Source: the human T2T-CHM13v2.0 reference genome, Homo sapiens
Reading direction: 5' to 3' (one strand)
NCBI RefSeq assembly: GCF_009914755.1
Contig: NC_060927.1
DNA: 64,000 nucleotides
Shown: positions 1 through 11,247 of the stretch, piece by piece
How positions within the stretch are numbered: position 1 is the first letter of the stretch
Layout of the letters: every line of letters starts with the position of its first letter
Translations under genes and position numbers: made by a program
Notes under the pieces: generated by a model
The model's input: the letters and a program-made list of their open reading frames with translations, nothing else
What the model was told of the DNA's origin: nothing
Databases searched by the model: none

Positions 1-229
1 ATATTGCTGGCCAGGGGCTTTCTCTTCCGCTGCCCACACCCCCACACCCTGGCCCAGCACATGGTCTGGCACCAGCACCTGGCTCGGCTCATCATCAGAG
101 CTGGTTCTTTAGTGGATGAAGGGAAGGAAGACATACCTGAGGGAGCAGGATGCAGCTCAGAGCCATTTAATTTTAACATGCAAAGAAATGTGAGCTTAAT
201 TAGTACTCCCCCACCCTGATGGGTGTGAG

Positions 230-960
230 ATAGAATTTATTGTTCACAGATTTATTCAGTAAGCTGATGAGAAGCTCTTTAAAGGGGGAAAAAAAAACCG
301 TTAGCGGAGCCAACATGAGCTCATCAAAAGCCAGTCTTGCCAAACCAACCTCATTTCCTTTGTTAATGGGGCTCCTGACCCAGCAGGAAGCCATAACATG
401 GTGTTACTTGATTGGAAGAAGCCTTTTGACAAAGCCTGTCATGACATCCTGCTAGACAAGATGAGGACACATGGCTGGGGAGTCCTCAGGGAAAACTGGC
501 TCAAAGCATGCCCGGCTCGGGTGCCCGTGGGCCAGCGTCACCCAGAAAGAAGCTGCTCTGAGCGCATGCCACTCAACGCTTGTCACGGACTTTGGAGAAA
601 GAAGGAAACTGCTTACAAATGTGTGAATGACATGGATGACACGAAGCTGGGAGGATTGGACAGTCCAACGGCTGATAACTCAAAATTAGACCCACGGCTA
701 TAAGGAGGGACCCCAACCAAGGAGAATGATTCCTACAGGGAGAAAATATGAAGCTTGACCGTAGCTTCAAGGAATTCAGCTAGTCAGCTTGGCACAATGT
801 ATGGGGACAAGTCTCTGGTGTTTTGACCGCAAGTTCACAATTCCAGCCTGTGAGGAGGACCCTCAGATTCAGATGTGAGCCTCCCTCTGTCTTCTTCTCA
901 GGGAGACCACCCTGACAGCACCGCACTGGGCCCCCAAAGGGCTGGAAGCCTTATTTTGTG
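230..960 (+). mobile_element. Ancient L3/CR1 LINE fragment (reverse transcriptase region)
   Basis: Degenerate CR1 RT motifs are visible: SCQTNLISF (~333-360), 'LD.KKPFDK..HDILLDKM' (~404-465) and DDTKLGG (~635-655). Boundaries are approximate. Confidence 0.7.
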
Positions 961-1260
961 TAAAGACCAGCAGCTCAGGAAGCAAAGGCTCTGGGCTATG
1001 TGATGGCTGTTTCCACCACTGTGGACTGATGGGCTGGTTCTGCTTGGTTCCAGAAGACTGACCTGGGACTGATGGAGTGGAGTATAGGAAGAGAGAATTC
1101 AGGGAAATCTAGGAAAACGAGTGACATGGGAGAGAGGGAGGGGCCTGCTCCCACAAACCATGACTGTCCACATTCAGGCAGCCTTACAGTCCCCATTCTT
1201 GAGCTTCAGCTCCAGATGCCTGAGGGCAGTAGTGGGCCTGGCAGAGAGAACTGTCTGGTC

Positions 1261-1482
1261 CAGAGATTGGCAAACCACAACCCGTGGGCTGCGTTCAGTT
1301 CCCAGCCTGTATCTATCAATAAGTTTTATGGGGACACAGCCACGCCCACTTGCTTATCTATTGGGAAGGGGAACTTTTGTGCCACTACAGCAAAGTTGAA
1401 TAATTTCAGCACAGACCTTATGGTATACAAGTCTGACATATTTACTACCTGGCCCTTTACAGAAAATGTCTGTTGACCCCTG
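1261..1482 (-). mobile_element. MER58A-like hAT-Charlie non-autonomous DNA transposon
   Basis: Has TIRs cagagattggcaaac...tgttgacccctg and the internal 'ggccctttacagaaaa' signature. The 8-bp TSD is gtctggtc (1253-1260) / gtctagtc (1483-1490). Confidence 0.85.
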
Positions 1483-2859
1483 GTCTAGTCCCATGGTGTT
1501 CAAACACATCAGCCACCAAATCTTCTGCAACCAATGCTTCTGGAGAAGCACAATGTATGAGACAGACAAGAGCAGGTGTCACCAGCACAAGACGATGAGA
1601 GGGGAGTATGGAGTCCCCTGCTCACACCTCTCCGCACTGCAGCCCCAGGCCAAGAAGAGGCCAGGAAGGAGCTCTCCAGAACATTCCAGAGCACCAGCCA
1701 GCCCCCTTAGGTCCTGGTTTGTGGGTCAGTCCTCTGTCACGCTAACTTCTCTTTGCTGTTTCCCTCTTTTAGATTTCTGAGGCTCACATCCTCTCTGACT
1801 GTGTCCAGTCCAAGCTCTCAATCCTGAAAAGTCCTTTTGTTCCTGAAAGAAAGAAACTCTCCTTGTTGTTTCCAACCTCCTGGTGGGTAGCACGCTGCCC
1901 AGTTGGGCCCAGTGGTTCCCATTTCAAGGCTTCAGGGCCACAGGAGATGCCTGTGCACACAGTCAGTGTCCCAGCTCTACAGCTCTACTAAGTGTGGCAG
2001 CAAGAGCAGAAAGTTCCTCCCTGTCTCCCTTGGGGATGCTTGGGGACCTCAAGGCATCTTGCAGGGAGGATCAATGGTTTCTTTGAACCACATTTCCCTT
2101 TTTCTGTGGGGCTTTCCCTCATTCTCAACACTGTTCCCAGGATGCCCAAAGCCACTGGAACAGAAGCCCGCTTTCCTTTTTACCCTGGATACTAACTCCC
2201 AAGGAGGCCATCCTCCTGCTACAGGTGGGCCCAAGACACAGTCTGCCAGCCTTCCTGGAGAAGCGACTCTCAGCGGAGCAGGCTGCAGCTTGCCTCCTGG
2301 ACCCTCCCCCCAAGCAGACCTGTCACTCAGCTTCATTCCTGAGCAAGGGAAATGATCAGGCATGCCTGAGGGTCCACACTTAGGTCTCCACCAGGCCTGT
2401 GCTAGAGACGCAGAACAAGGGGTCCAGTTTCCAGGTAAGCCAAGGGGAGTTGTGCCTTGCCCACAAAAACAGATGATAGAAAAGCCTGACAGAGAGTCAG
2501 CTACTTTTATGTCACGGCTCAGGCTCAGGCCCTCAGAGAGGCTGTCACACCATCACCATGGAGCGCAGAGCTCTCCCACCAGTTTCCAGCTTCGCTCCTT
2601 CCCGGGCCTTCTCTACCGCAGTCTAGTGTTTTCTATCATTTCTCCATGTTTATTTCTATTCTTTCCTACACCACGCATTTAAAAAATGTTCCACATCAAA
2701 TCTCATTAAGTTTTGTTCTGCTCATCCGTTCAGGGCTCTATTTCTCTCAGTCAAATTAATAACACCCATGTGTTTTGTGATTTTCTCTGTTGTTTATTTT
2801 CTCTTTCTTTTTGAGTTAAATAGATCCACTGGCCAGGTTGTGCAACTCCCACTAGGATG

Positions 2860-3450
2860 CTCCACCCCGCCCTCCACCAATACATACACCCTTTCTCCTC
2901 CTTCCTTGCACATCTGCCCATCCCCACCCTCCAATCACCTACCACCCCACATGCTTCCCTTCACAGGCACCCCACCCCACCTCCATACCCCCCACACATG
3001 AACACACGCTTCCCCCTCACAGGCACCCCACCCCACCTCCACACCCCCACACACTTCCCCCGACATGTACCCCACCCCACCTCCATACCCCCCACACATG
3101 TGAACACACTTCCCCCGACATGGACCCCTCCTCACCTCCACACCCCCCCAACACATGCACACACACTTCCCCATCACAGGCACCCCACCCCACCTCCACA
3201 CATTTCCCCCACACCACCTCTTCCCTCACACCTTCCCCTTCACATACACCCCAACCCTCACCCCACAACTCCACTCACACATCCACATACTTTACTCTCC
3301 TCTGCCTCCTACCCAAGTCCTTCCCATCCCCACATGCCCCCCACATCTCCACATACACCTACCTCCCCTCCGCACCCACACACCTCCTCACCTACTTAGC
3401 TTCCTACTCATAGACACGCCTCCCTCACATACACACCTATACACAATTAC
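2860..3450. repeat. C/A-rich low-complexity tract containing an imperfect ~50-57 bp minisatellite (about 5 copies, 2951-3210)
   Basis: The unit cttcccc(tcacaggc/cgacatg)accccaccccacctccaYaccccc recurs. The + strand is almost devoid of G. Confidence 0.85.
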
Positions 3451-4309
3451 CCACAAACAAACTCAGGCTGCCCAAACCACGGGTGCCCCTCTCATTCCTC
3501 CAGGGCTTCCTAGCACACCCATCTCACACCATAGGTGGGTGTTCACTGTGGAAAGGCTGAGCTCCCTGTCCTCACCAGTTCACTCAGGATCCCGAGGCTC
3601 CCCGGCCCTGTGCCTTCCCACCGCCTTCTTTCCCAGGGACACCCTTGGGATATGCAAGCCCAGGTTGGGGATGGCAACTTCATGAATAAAGGACTGGAAA
3701 GTGACTCTTCCCTTTCTTTTTCTTGTCTGCTCCAAAAATACAGTGCTCCCCTGCCCCTCCTTAACCTCCAGGAAGCTTCCTGCCTGCGGCATCCATTGTC
3801 TGCATGTGGGCAGACTTCCCTCTGGACTTGGCTGAAGGATCATTCACAGGTTACACCTAGTCCTACCAGACACTGGTTTCCGAAGCCCCTTCTCTTATCT
3901 CCTGGGAGGACTGGTCTCACGTTGGCCAGTTTCCCATAGAGGAAAACCTCTCCGCGCCTTCCAGACGTGGTCTTAGAGGCTTTGGCTGGATAGCTCGTTT
4001 TTTCTCTAAAGGCGCCAGGGTACATTTCCGGACCCCACTGACATTTAGAAAATCTAAATATCCATAAATGTCTTCATGGCCTTTTAAAAATTAGCAATTA
4101 GTTGTTAAAGGTCTCTGTGATTCCCAAAATGTTTAGCCCTTCTTTAACTTTTTTTTCCTAAAACACATTGCTACTCTTCCTTTCCCATGTTCGTTTCTGG
4201 AGCAGCTTTACTCCAAGAGGAAGGAATCAGTAATCAACACAAGTAATAGGTCTGAGTAGCAGATTTCAAATACCACAACAAGGGCAGGCAAATAGAAATA
4301 TGCTGAGCA

Positions 4310-4575
<266 letters not shown>

Positions 4576-4833
4576 CTTGATTGCTGCCCAGGCTGGAGTG
4601 GAGTAGCATGATCATAACTCATTAAAGCCTCAAACTTCTGGGCTCAAGTGATCCTCCCACCCCAGCCTCCCAAGTAGCTGGGACTACAAGCATGTGCCAT
4701 AATGCCCGGCTAACTTTTTTTTTTTTGTAGAGATGGGGTCTCACTGTGTTGCCCAGTCTGGTCTCGAACTCTTGGCCTCAAGCAATCTTCCTGCCTCAGC
4801 CTCCAGAAGTGATGGGATTACAGCATACCTGGC
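4576..4833 (-). mobile_element. Alu (AluJ-type), poly(A) tail missing
   Basis: Contains gcccaggctggagt...ggctcaagtgatcctccc...ggcctcaagcaatc (J-type diagnostics in both arms). Confidence 0.93.
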
Positions 4834-4869
4834 TTATTTCATTTTACTTTTACTCTCAGAACACACTGA

Positions 4870-4990
4870 AAGTCAAGGTATTCTTGCTCCCATTTTATAG
4901 GTAAGGAAACTAAAGTTCAGAAAGGTGAGGTAGCTTGCCTAAGAAGACTTGGCAGGTAAGTGACTGAGCTAGGATTCAAATGTTAAAGTC
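4870..4990 (-). mobile_element. MIR SINE
   Basis: MIR core cccattttataggtaaggaaactaaagttcaga...ggattcaaa. Confidence 0.75.
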
Positions 4991-7059
4991 CATATGGAGT
5001 GGGGTGGGGTGCATGTCTACCCATCATACCAGGCCACACCAACACAAGAATCTGGGAAGAGAGCACAACAGCAACCTAAGCTTCCACCAACAGAAATCCT
5101 AAGGACTCACATGTGAGGATGCAGCAGGGACCATGCCAAGGGAGGCGCCCTGCTCCAGAACAGAGCAGAGGACCTATGATGTAGACCAGAAAGAAGCTGC
5201 CTTCAGATGTCCCCAGGCCATCCAGCCCATAAGCTGTCACATTCTTCACAGGAAGTAAGGTGCTTTCTCCTTTGGGATCCAGAAAGTCTACTAGTTTACA
5301 CAACATCATGTATTGTCCCTACCACCGTGGGGACAAAAGCCACCACTTAGTGATTACTGCATGTGACAGCCACCAGGCTAAATTCTGAACAGGCACCTTC
5401 TCAGCCCCTGCAGCCCTACGAGGGCTATAAAATAGACACTCAGGGATGAACTGAAACTCAGAGCAGGGAGGAGGTGGCTCGAGCCCACTTGGGAGTCCCA
5501 TAGCTCAGATTCAGACTGAGGACTGCCTGGTTCCAGTAGACCATTCAGGTTCACACCCCCACTCAGAGTGGTACATTTAATGAAATGCATTTGTTCCTGA
5601 CGACCTTGCATGATTCAAAACTAAAATTTCCATAAGAATACATTTGAAGTAGGAGTCACATTTTAAGCTATTCCCATGAAGTAAGACTTTATAAATATTT
5701 TTATTTGCACATATTAGCATAGCACACTCACGTGGTGCACTGGCACCGTGTGCAGCCCCAGCTAGATCGCATGGATGAGGTTCCTGGGCCAAAGTCCTTC
5801 TCATCCCACCCCCTGGCACCAGGAAGATGCCCGAAGGTAGCTCAGCTCTGAGCACTTCCAGCATCTGCTTCTATCCCAGCCAGACTGAGGGAGACTGCTG
5901 TGCCCTATTGTTGCATATAGAATTTGCACCAATGAACAAGAACTACAAAACAGCCCACTCTTCTGGCCTATGGTGCGCCCCTGCAGCCTTGAGAGGCAAG
6001 CTGTGGTCTTTTCACAGCCCCTCTTTCCTCTATCAGAAGATTTTGTCTTAGAGCACTGAGGTCAAGGCTGGAACAGCACAGTGTTTCCTTCTGAGCTGAG
6101 AGGGTCATGGTTAGCTGAACCCAAACTGACTGATTATTCCTAACAAGGAACAGAGTGAAGTTGTCTTAACCAGTCTCCTGTGGCTGCTCAGTGTGAGGCA
6201 AATGCCACTGGCATGTGGGCCCAGGCCATGGGAGCTGACTTGCCAGGCTGAGCAGGCCACGATGTGTGGCGCCTGGCAGGAGGCCCTCCCCTCGGCCTGG
6301 CCACAGTGCCCCAGGCTCCCTTGCTGATTTCATTATCCCAGTCTTCACGTGACGAGAAAGGGCAGGGATTGTGGCTCTGGAAAGAAGACAGTGCAGCCAG
6401 GCTGGCCACACTGCTCTCTGAGAAGATGGCCAGCAACTCCTGACTCGCTTCAGAGCTGGCCTCAAGCTCTCATTAGACCAAGGGGGAGAAAGTGTATGGC
6501 AGGAGCCTGGGGCTCGGATCTTTCCTCATCCTCTGCCCACCTGAAGCAGGATTCAGCCCCACAGAGTCCATACATTTATGAGAAATGACCAGTTCACTGG
6601 AGATTTATAAAAAGGTGGGGGAAAGAGTTCCATGACCAGAACCCAGCAGATATTTCATCATTAGACACCCCCATTCTTGCCCTATTCTTTTCCTGTTCCA
6701 GGCACTTCGTTCTCTCCATCACTGGCCTGACAATCTTAAGGGCTGCCCTCTATTATTCTAAGTGGTTCATCTCTCAAACCTGGTCTACATATCTGATTGA
6801 AAAAATAGCCTGGTTTCTAAGCAAACCAAAATCGATTATTCCCTCAGCACCTCCCTGGGGGCTCATTTAACCTCAACTCCAATACAGTGGACTAAGGGTG
6901 AGCATCTATGAACTAGGCCTCTCACAAATGTCTATCACAAAACCACAGCCACTTTCCACAGTCCTTAAAACAAGTGCAAATTCATCCTAAGTCAACACAT
7001 TAACATAAAATTAGTTCCAAAGCAATGACGGTCCTGGGTGCTGAGTAAATGTAAATGCC

Positions 7060-8410
7060 AAACCACTCTGTAGGGCTATTTCCTTACCCAGGCCACATAC
7101 AATTTCCACAGGGCAAAAAAGCCCACTGCAAATGGCTCATGGTCAAACTCAAGGAGGTAATCCACCATGAACAAGAGCAAGCAGACATAAAACAATGGGA
7201 GGATTAACATGCTTAAAACTTGAGCTACTAGAACGATCTGAAAAAGAGTATAATATAAATATATTTAAAATAGCTGAAGACATCAATAACACAAAAGAAA
7301 TCATAAGGAAACACCAAAAAATAGTGTCACAGAGCAGAGAGATTTGAACAACTATTATAAGAACTTCAGGAATTAGCAAAATATGTAGTGCCATTCAAAT
7401 TCATAATGTAAAAAATGGGTTTGACACCAATTAACAAAGCTGGAGAGAGACTAAGTGAACAGGAAGTCATACTTTAAGGAAATTACCCAGGATGCAGCAT
7501 AAAGCACTGAAAACTATGAAAGAGAGGTTAAGAGACAAGGAGGCCAGAAATGAAAATGTGAAGCCATATGTAAAAGGAGTTCCAGAAAAAAAGGATGGAG
7601 AAAACAGGGATGTGCAATATCAGGAATGTTTTTGGCAGAAAATTTTTCAAAATTAAAGAAAAACTCTAATTTTCAAAAGAAATAGCACATCGAACTTTCT
7701 AACAGATAAGTGAAAATTAAGCCATACTCAGATACCTTATGGTAGACATACAGAACAACAAAGAAAAGAAAAGAACAAATACTAAATAGAACTAGAGAAA
7801 AAACAGGATACCTAAGAAGGTATGACAATTAGACTAATGGAAGAGTCCCAATACCAGAAGACAGAGGCATGGTACCTTCAAAGTGTTGAGAAGAAATAAC
7901 TATTGATTTAAAATCCTGTTTGTAGCTAAACTATAATTCAAGAGCAAGGGTAAAATAGAGGCATTTTCGGACAAAGACTTAGAGATTTTCTTACTCATAG
8001 GCCTACTGAAAGTAACACTAAAGGATATCCTTCAGGAAAAAAAAATTAATCAACAGCATGGGTGAAATGCAAGAAGCAATCAATGGTGAACAAAGAAACC
8101 AGTAAACTTGTGAGTACATAAATAACCACTCACTTATTTATAAATAACAGTATAGTAACAATTTATAATAATGACCACTGTGGGGAGGTTAAAGACAGGT
8201 AGAACAAAAATATGGGTCAACCATAAGTGGAAGATGAGAGAGGATGGTGGGCAAAAAAGCATCTATGATCCTTATTTTGCTCTCTTGGAGAATAGAGACA
8301 TTAATGAACTTCAGTGGTTGTTAAGTCATACATCAATGTTAAATATAAGGGTAATAGTGAGCATCCTATGTTCATGGATCGGCAAACTCAACATAGTAAA
8401 CATGATCAAA
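7060..8410 (+). mobile_element. Old L1 (L1M-type) fragment: ORF1 region plus a short ORF2 piece
   Basis: A-rich ORF1-like sequence (ggagttccagaa, ccttcaaagtgttgag, tagctaaactataattcaaga). Positions 8360-8410 encode 'CSWIGKLNIVNM', similar to L1 ORF2 'CSWIGRINIVKM'. Confidence 0.75.
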
Positions 8411-8822
8411 TGAGATCGTGCAAGTGCACTGTCACCTAAAGACAGAAGAATGTACAAATGTCACGAAGTGCTATGATTAAACATGGACAAAATCCACAGA
8501 CTTCATCATGATTTAATGCTTTGATCCTCCTCCTGCCAAGCCCCATTGCAGAAACTGCTCACAGTGTCCCCAGGGAGGTGGAGCTTGGGTCATTCCTGGC
8601 ATGAAGCACAGGGAATCACAGCAGGAGGTGAGCCATGCACTGCACACTTTCCTGAACAAACCAGAGTTCAGTTGCTCCATAGCTCTACATACTTCAGTAT
8701 AGTCTGAGCTTCATATGCCCTCTTCCTGGAGTGGTATCCACTGCCCTAGGAGTATCCCCACTAACTTTGTGAGATGTTCACCCATTCCTTACCCCTTGAG
8801 GCAGGGGTTGGAGGCCACTCAC

Positions 8823-8985
8823 CAGTGCTGGCCAAGGTGTACTGGTAGGGCTCGGAGAGGAAGTGTGGGAGGGTGAGGATGAAGGCACCTGCAGCCAGGA
8901 AGAGACCTCCGATGCCAATCAGACGTGGACGGTGCACCCGGCTGCCAAAGTAGCTGACAAAGATGATGAGGATGGCATTGCTGAT
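8823..8985 (-). CDS. SLCO2A1: SLCO2A1 coding exon 3, 163 nt, phase 0-1
   Basis: Translates to [54 protein letters not shown](G), containing the OATP motifs 'FVSYFG..HRPR.IG' and 'LPHF'. It continues in frame from exon 2. Acceptor is cttctgctctcttctcAG (8986-8987) and donor is CTG|GTGAGT (8821-8822). Confidence 0.97.
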
Positions 8986-10074
8986 CTGAGAAGAGAGCAG
9001 AAGGGCTGAGTGAGACAAGAGGCCCTGTCCTCACCCACCCACAGAGAAGACCCGATCATACTTCATCCAGGAAAACTGGAAAGGGAGGGGGCTGCCCAGT
9101 GTCAGCTGGGGCCCAGACAGAGTTACAGTGTCAGCTTTTCCCAGAGAGCTTCACAAGGGGCAAGCATAAGCAATTTTGGTTTTCCCTCTGTTATCAGAAA
9201 CCCTTCTGGGTCTCCATCTCCTAGACCAGACCAAAGGAAGTATCTGGAGATTATGAAACACTCAAAACCTAAACTTTAACCATCTTAGAACCAAACCTTT
9301 TTGGGAAAAAGCCAAAGAAACCTCCAATTCTGGCTGGCTCCTAGGAATAAAACACATTCCCTAATTAAGCTTGAGAGTTTGTACCTAAAGTTTAGGCAAA
9401 ATCCCAAGTTTAATTAGGTACAAATTAAAGGACCCAAGGACCTTGGCTTGGTGGCCAGAATAACAAGCAAGCAACATGCTTATCTCATTTAATCATGAAA
9501 CAATTCTCATTTTATCTGACAAAACTGGGGTTCAGAATATTAAGTAACATACCCATCACTATGAGGTTAGGGCATGGCTTGAACCAGTCTTGCCTGACTC
9601 TAAAACACCAAGGCTTAACTAGAGTTGTCTGCCACCTCTTGGAGAAGAGGGTTTCTGCCCAAGCAGCTCTGCTACTATCCTGCCCTTTCCCCTGCCTTGG
9701 TCTGTTTTCAATTCTGTGAAATGAAGGATAAGAACTAGAGCACCCCTAAAACCCTTCCAGCTGGAAACATGGGTAACTCCATGCTCCTGGTGCTCCCTGG
9801 AAGATGTGCTCTCTGAGCCCCACCCAGAACCAGGGAAGGGAACTGAAGGCTCCAGCATGGGGAGTAAGGTCTTCAATGGTAAGGGGATGCTGCCAGGCCT
9901 TCTGACCACGTCTCCACCAAAGATGGTCCTCTCCTCAGAGCACAGTTCACCTGGACTGGAGGAGCTCTGTAAATCTGCAGCCATAGCCCTGCCTTGTTAC
10001 ACCCCACTTTCCTCCTGGGTGGAGAAACGGGTACTCCTATGTCAGGAAACAGAGGCTAGAGCCTCAGAACATGG

Positions 10075-11247
10075 CTGTCACTAAGGTCACCAGTGGCCTC
10101 CTCATTGGCAAATGTACTGGTCAATGCTCAGTTCCATTTGACTCAGTTGACCATTTCTTTTTTCCTGAAACACTTCTTTCAGAATTCCCATGACACCATC
10201 CTCTCCTGCTTCCCTTCCCCTGTCTGCTCCTTCTCGGTCTTCTTGGCTTATTCCTCTTTATCTCCTTGGACTCTCAACATTGGGCCCAGAGCTCTGCCCC
10301 TAAGTGTGTCCAGTTCCATGGCTATTTATGCTCTGCGTGTGCTTCTAAGTCCCACAGTCTCAGCTCATCTAAACTCTCACTCTTCTTCCTTCCTCCAAAA
10401 CCCCAGTCCCCTGTCCTGGTCCTCCTTGTCTCAGTAAATGGCACCTCCATCCTCCCAGTGGCTCACACAAAACATTCGAACATCATCTTGACTTCTCTCA
10501 CACTCATATCTAATCGATCAGCAAATCCCCTTGGCAGGACCTTCCATAGCCACCTGGAAGCCAGTGATTCCTCAACCTCCAATCCTGTCTGAATTACTGT
10601 GGTAGCCTCCTAACGGGACCCTGCCTTCACCCATGTCCTGCTACTGTTCATTCTCCACCCAGCAGCCAGAAGGGTCCTGCTGAACTATCAGACCATGTTC
10701 CCTCAGCTCAAACCCTCCAGTGGAAAAAGGCAAAGGCTGTCCCAGAGCCTCCCGAGTCCTACACAGCCTGCCCCCTGGTCACCTCTCAGGTCTGCACTCT
10801 TCTGCTCCTCTCCCTCCCTCCATCCAGCCATACTGCCCCCAGCTGTTCTTTGACCACACCAAAGAACAAAGGCATTCCCCCAGCCCCTTTTGTTCTTGCT
10901 GCTCCTTCTGACTTTACGTCCTCAGGACTCCATTCTTAACCAGATTCAGGCCTCTGCTCAGATTGAATCATCTCAAGAAGGTCTTTCTCTGACCTCGTCA
11001 TTTAAAATACACCTACATCCCCAACACTGAGGCCCCGTATACCTTTTCCCATCCATGACTCTCTCTCTTCATTGCACTCATCATAACCTGATCTACAGTA
11101 TGTTTTATTTCCATAAATACTATATTTATCCTTAGAATGATATATGAGCAGAGATTTTTGTCTGTTCATTCCTGTTTCCCCAGCACCTAGAACAGTGCCT
11201 AATACTTGGTGCTCGTTAAATATTGTTGAACAAATGAATGAATGAGT
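10075..11247 (+). mobile_element. L2 LINE 3' portion
   Basis: Shows L2 signatures (ctaaactctcactctt, aatggcacctccatcctccca, ccagcagccagaagggtc) and a typical 3' end cccagcacctagaacagtgcct...aatattgttgaacaaatgaatgaatga. Confidence 0.85.

Noticed and set aside
2857-3685. Pro/His/Thr-rich ORFs of 176-180 aa
   Set aside because: Artefact of C/A-rich low-complexity sequence that lacks stop codons.
6345-6353. TCACGTGAC (CLEAR/USF-like E-box), plus CACGTG at ~5729
   Set aside because: Isolated short motifs are expected by chance in 64 kb; there is no supporting cluster or CpG island.
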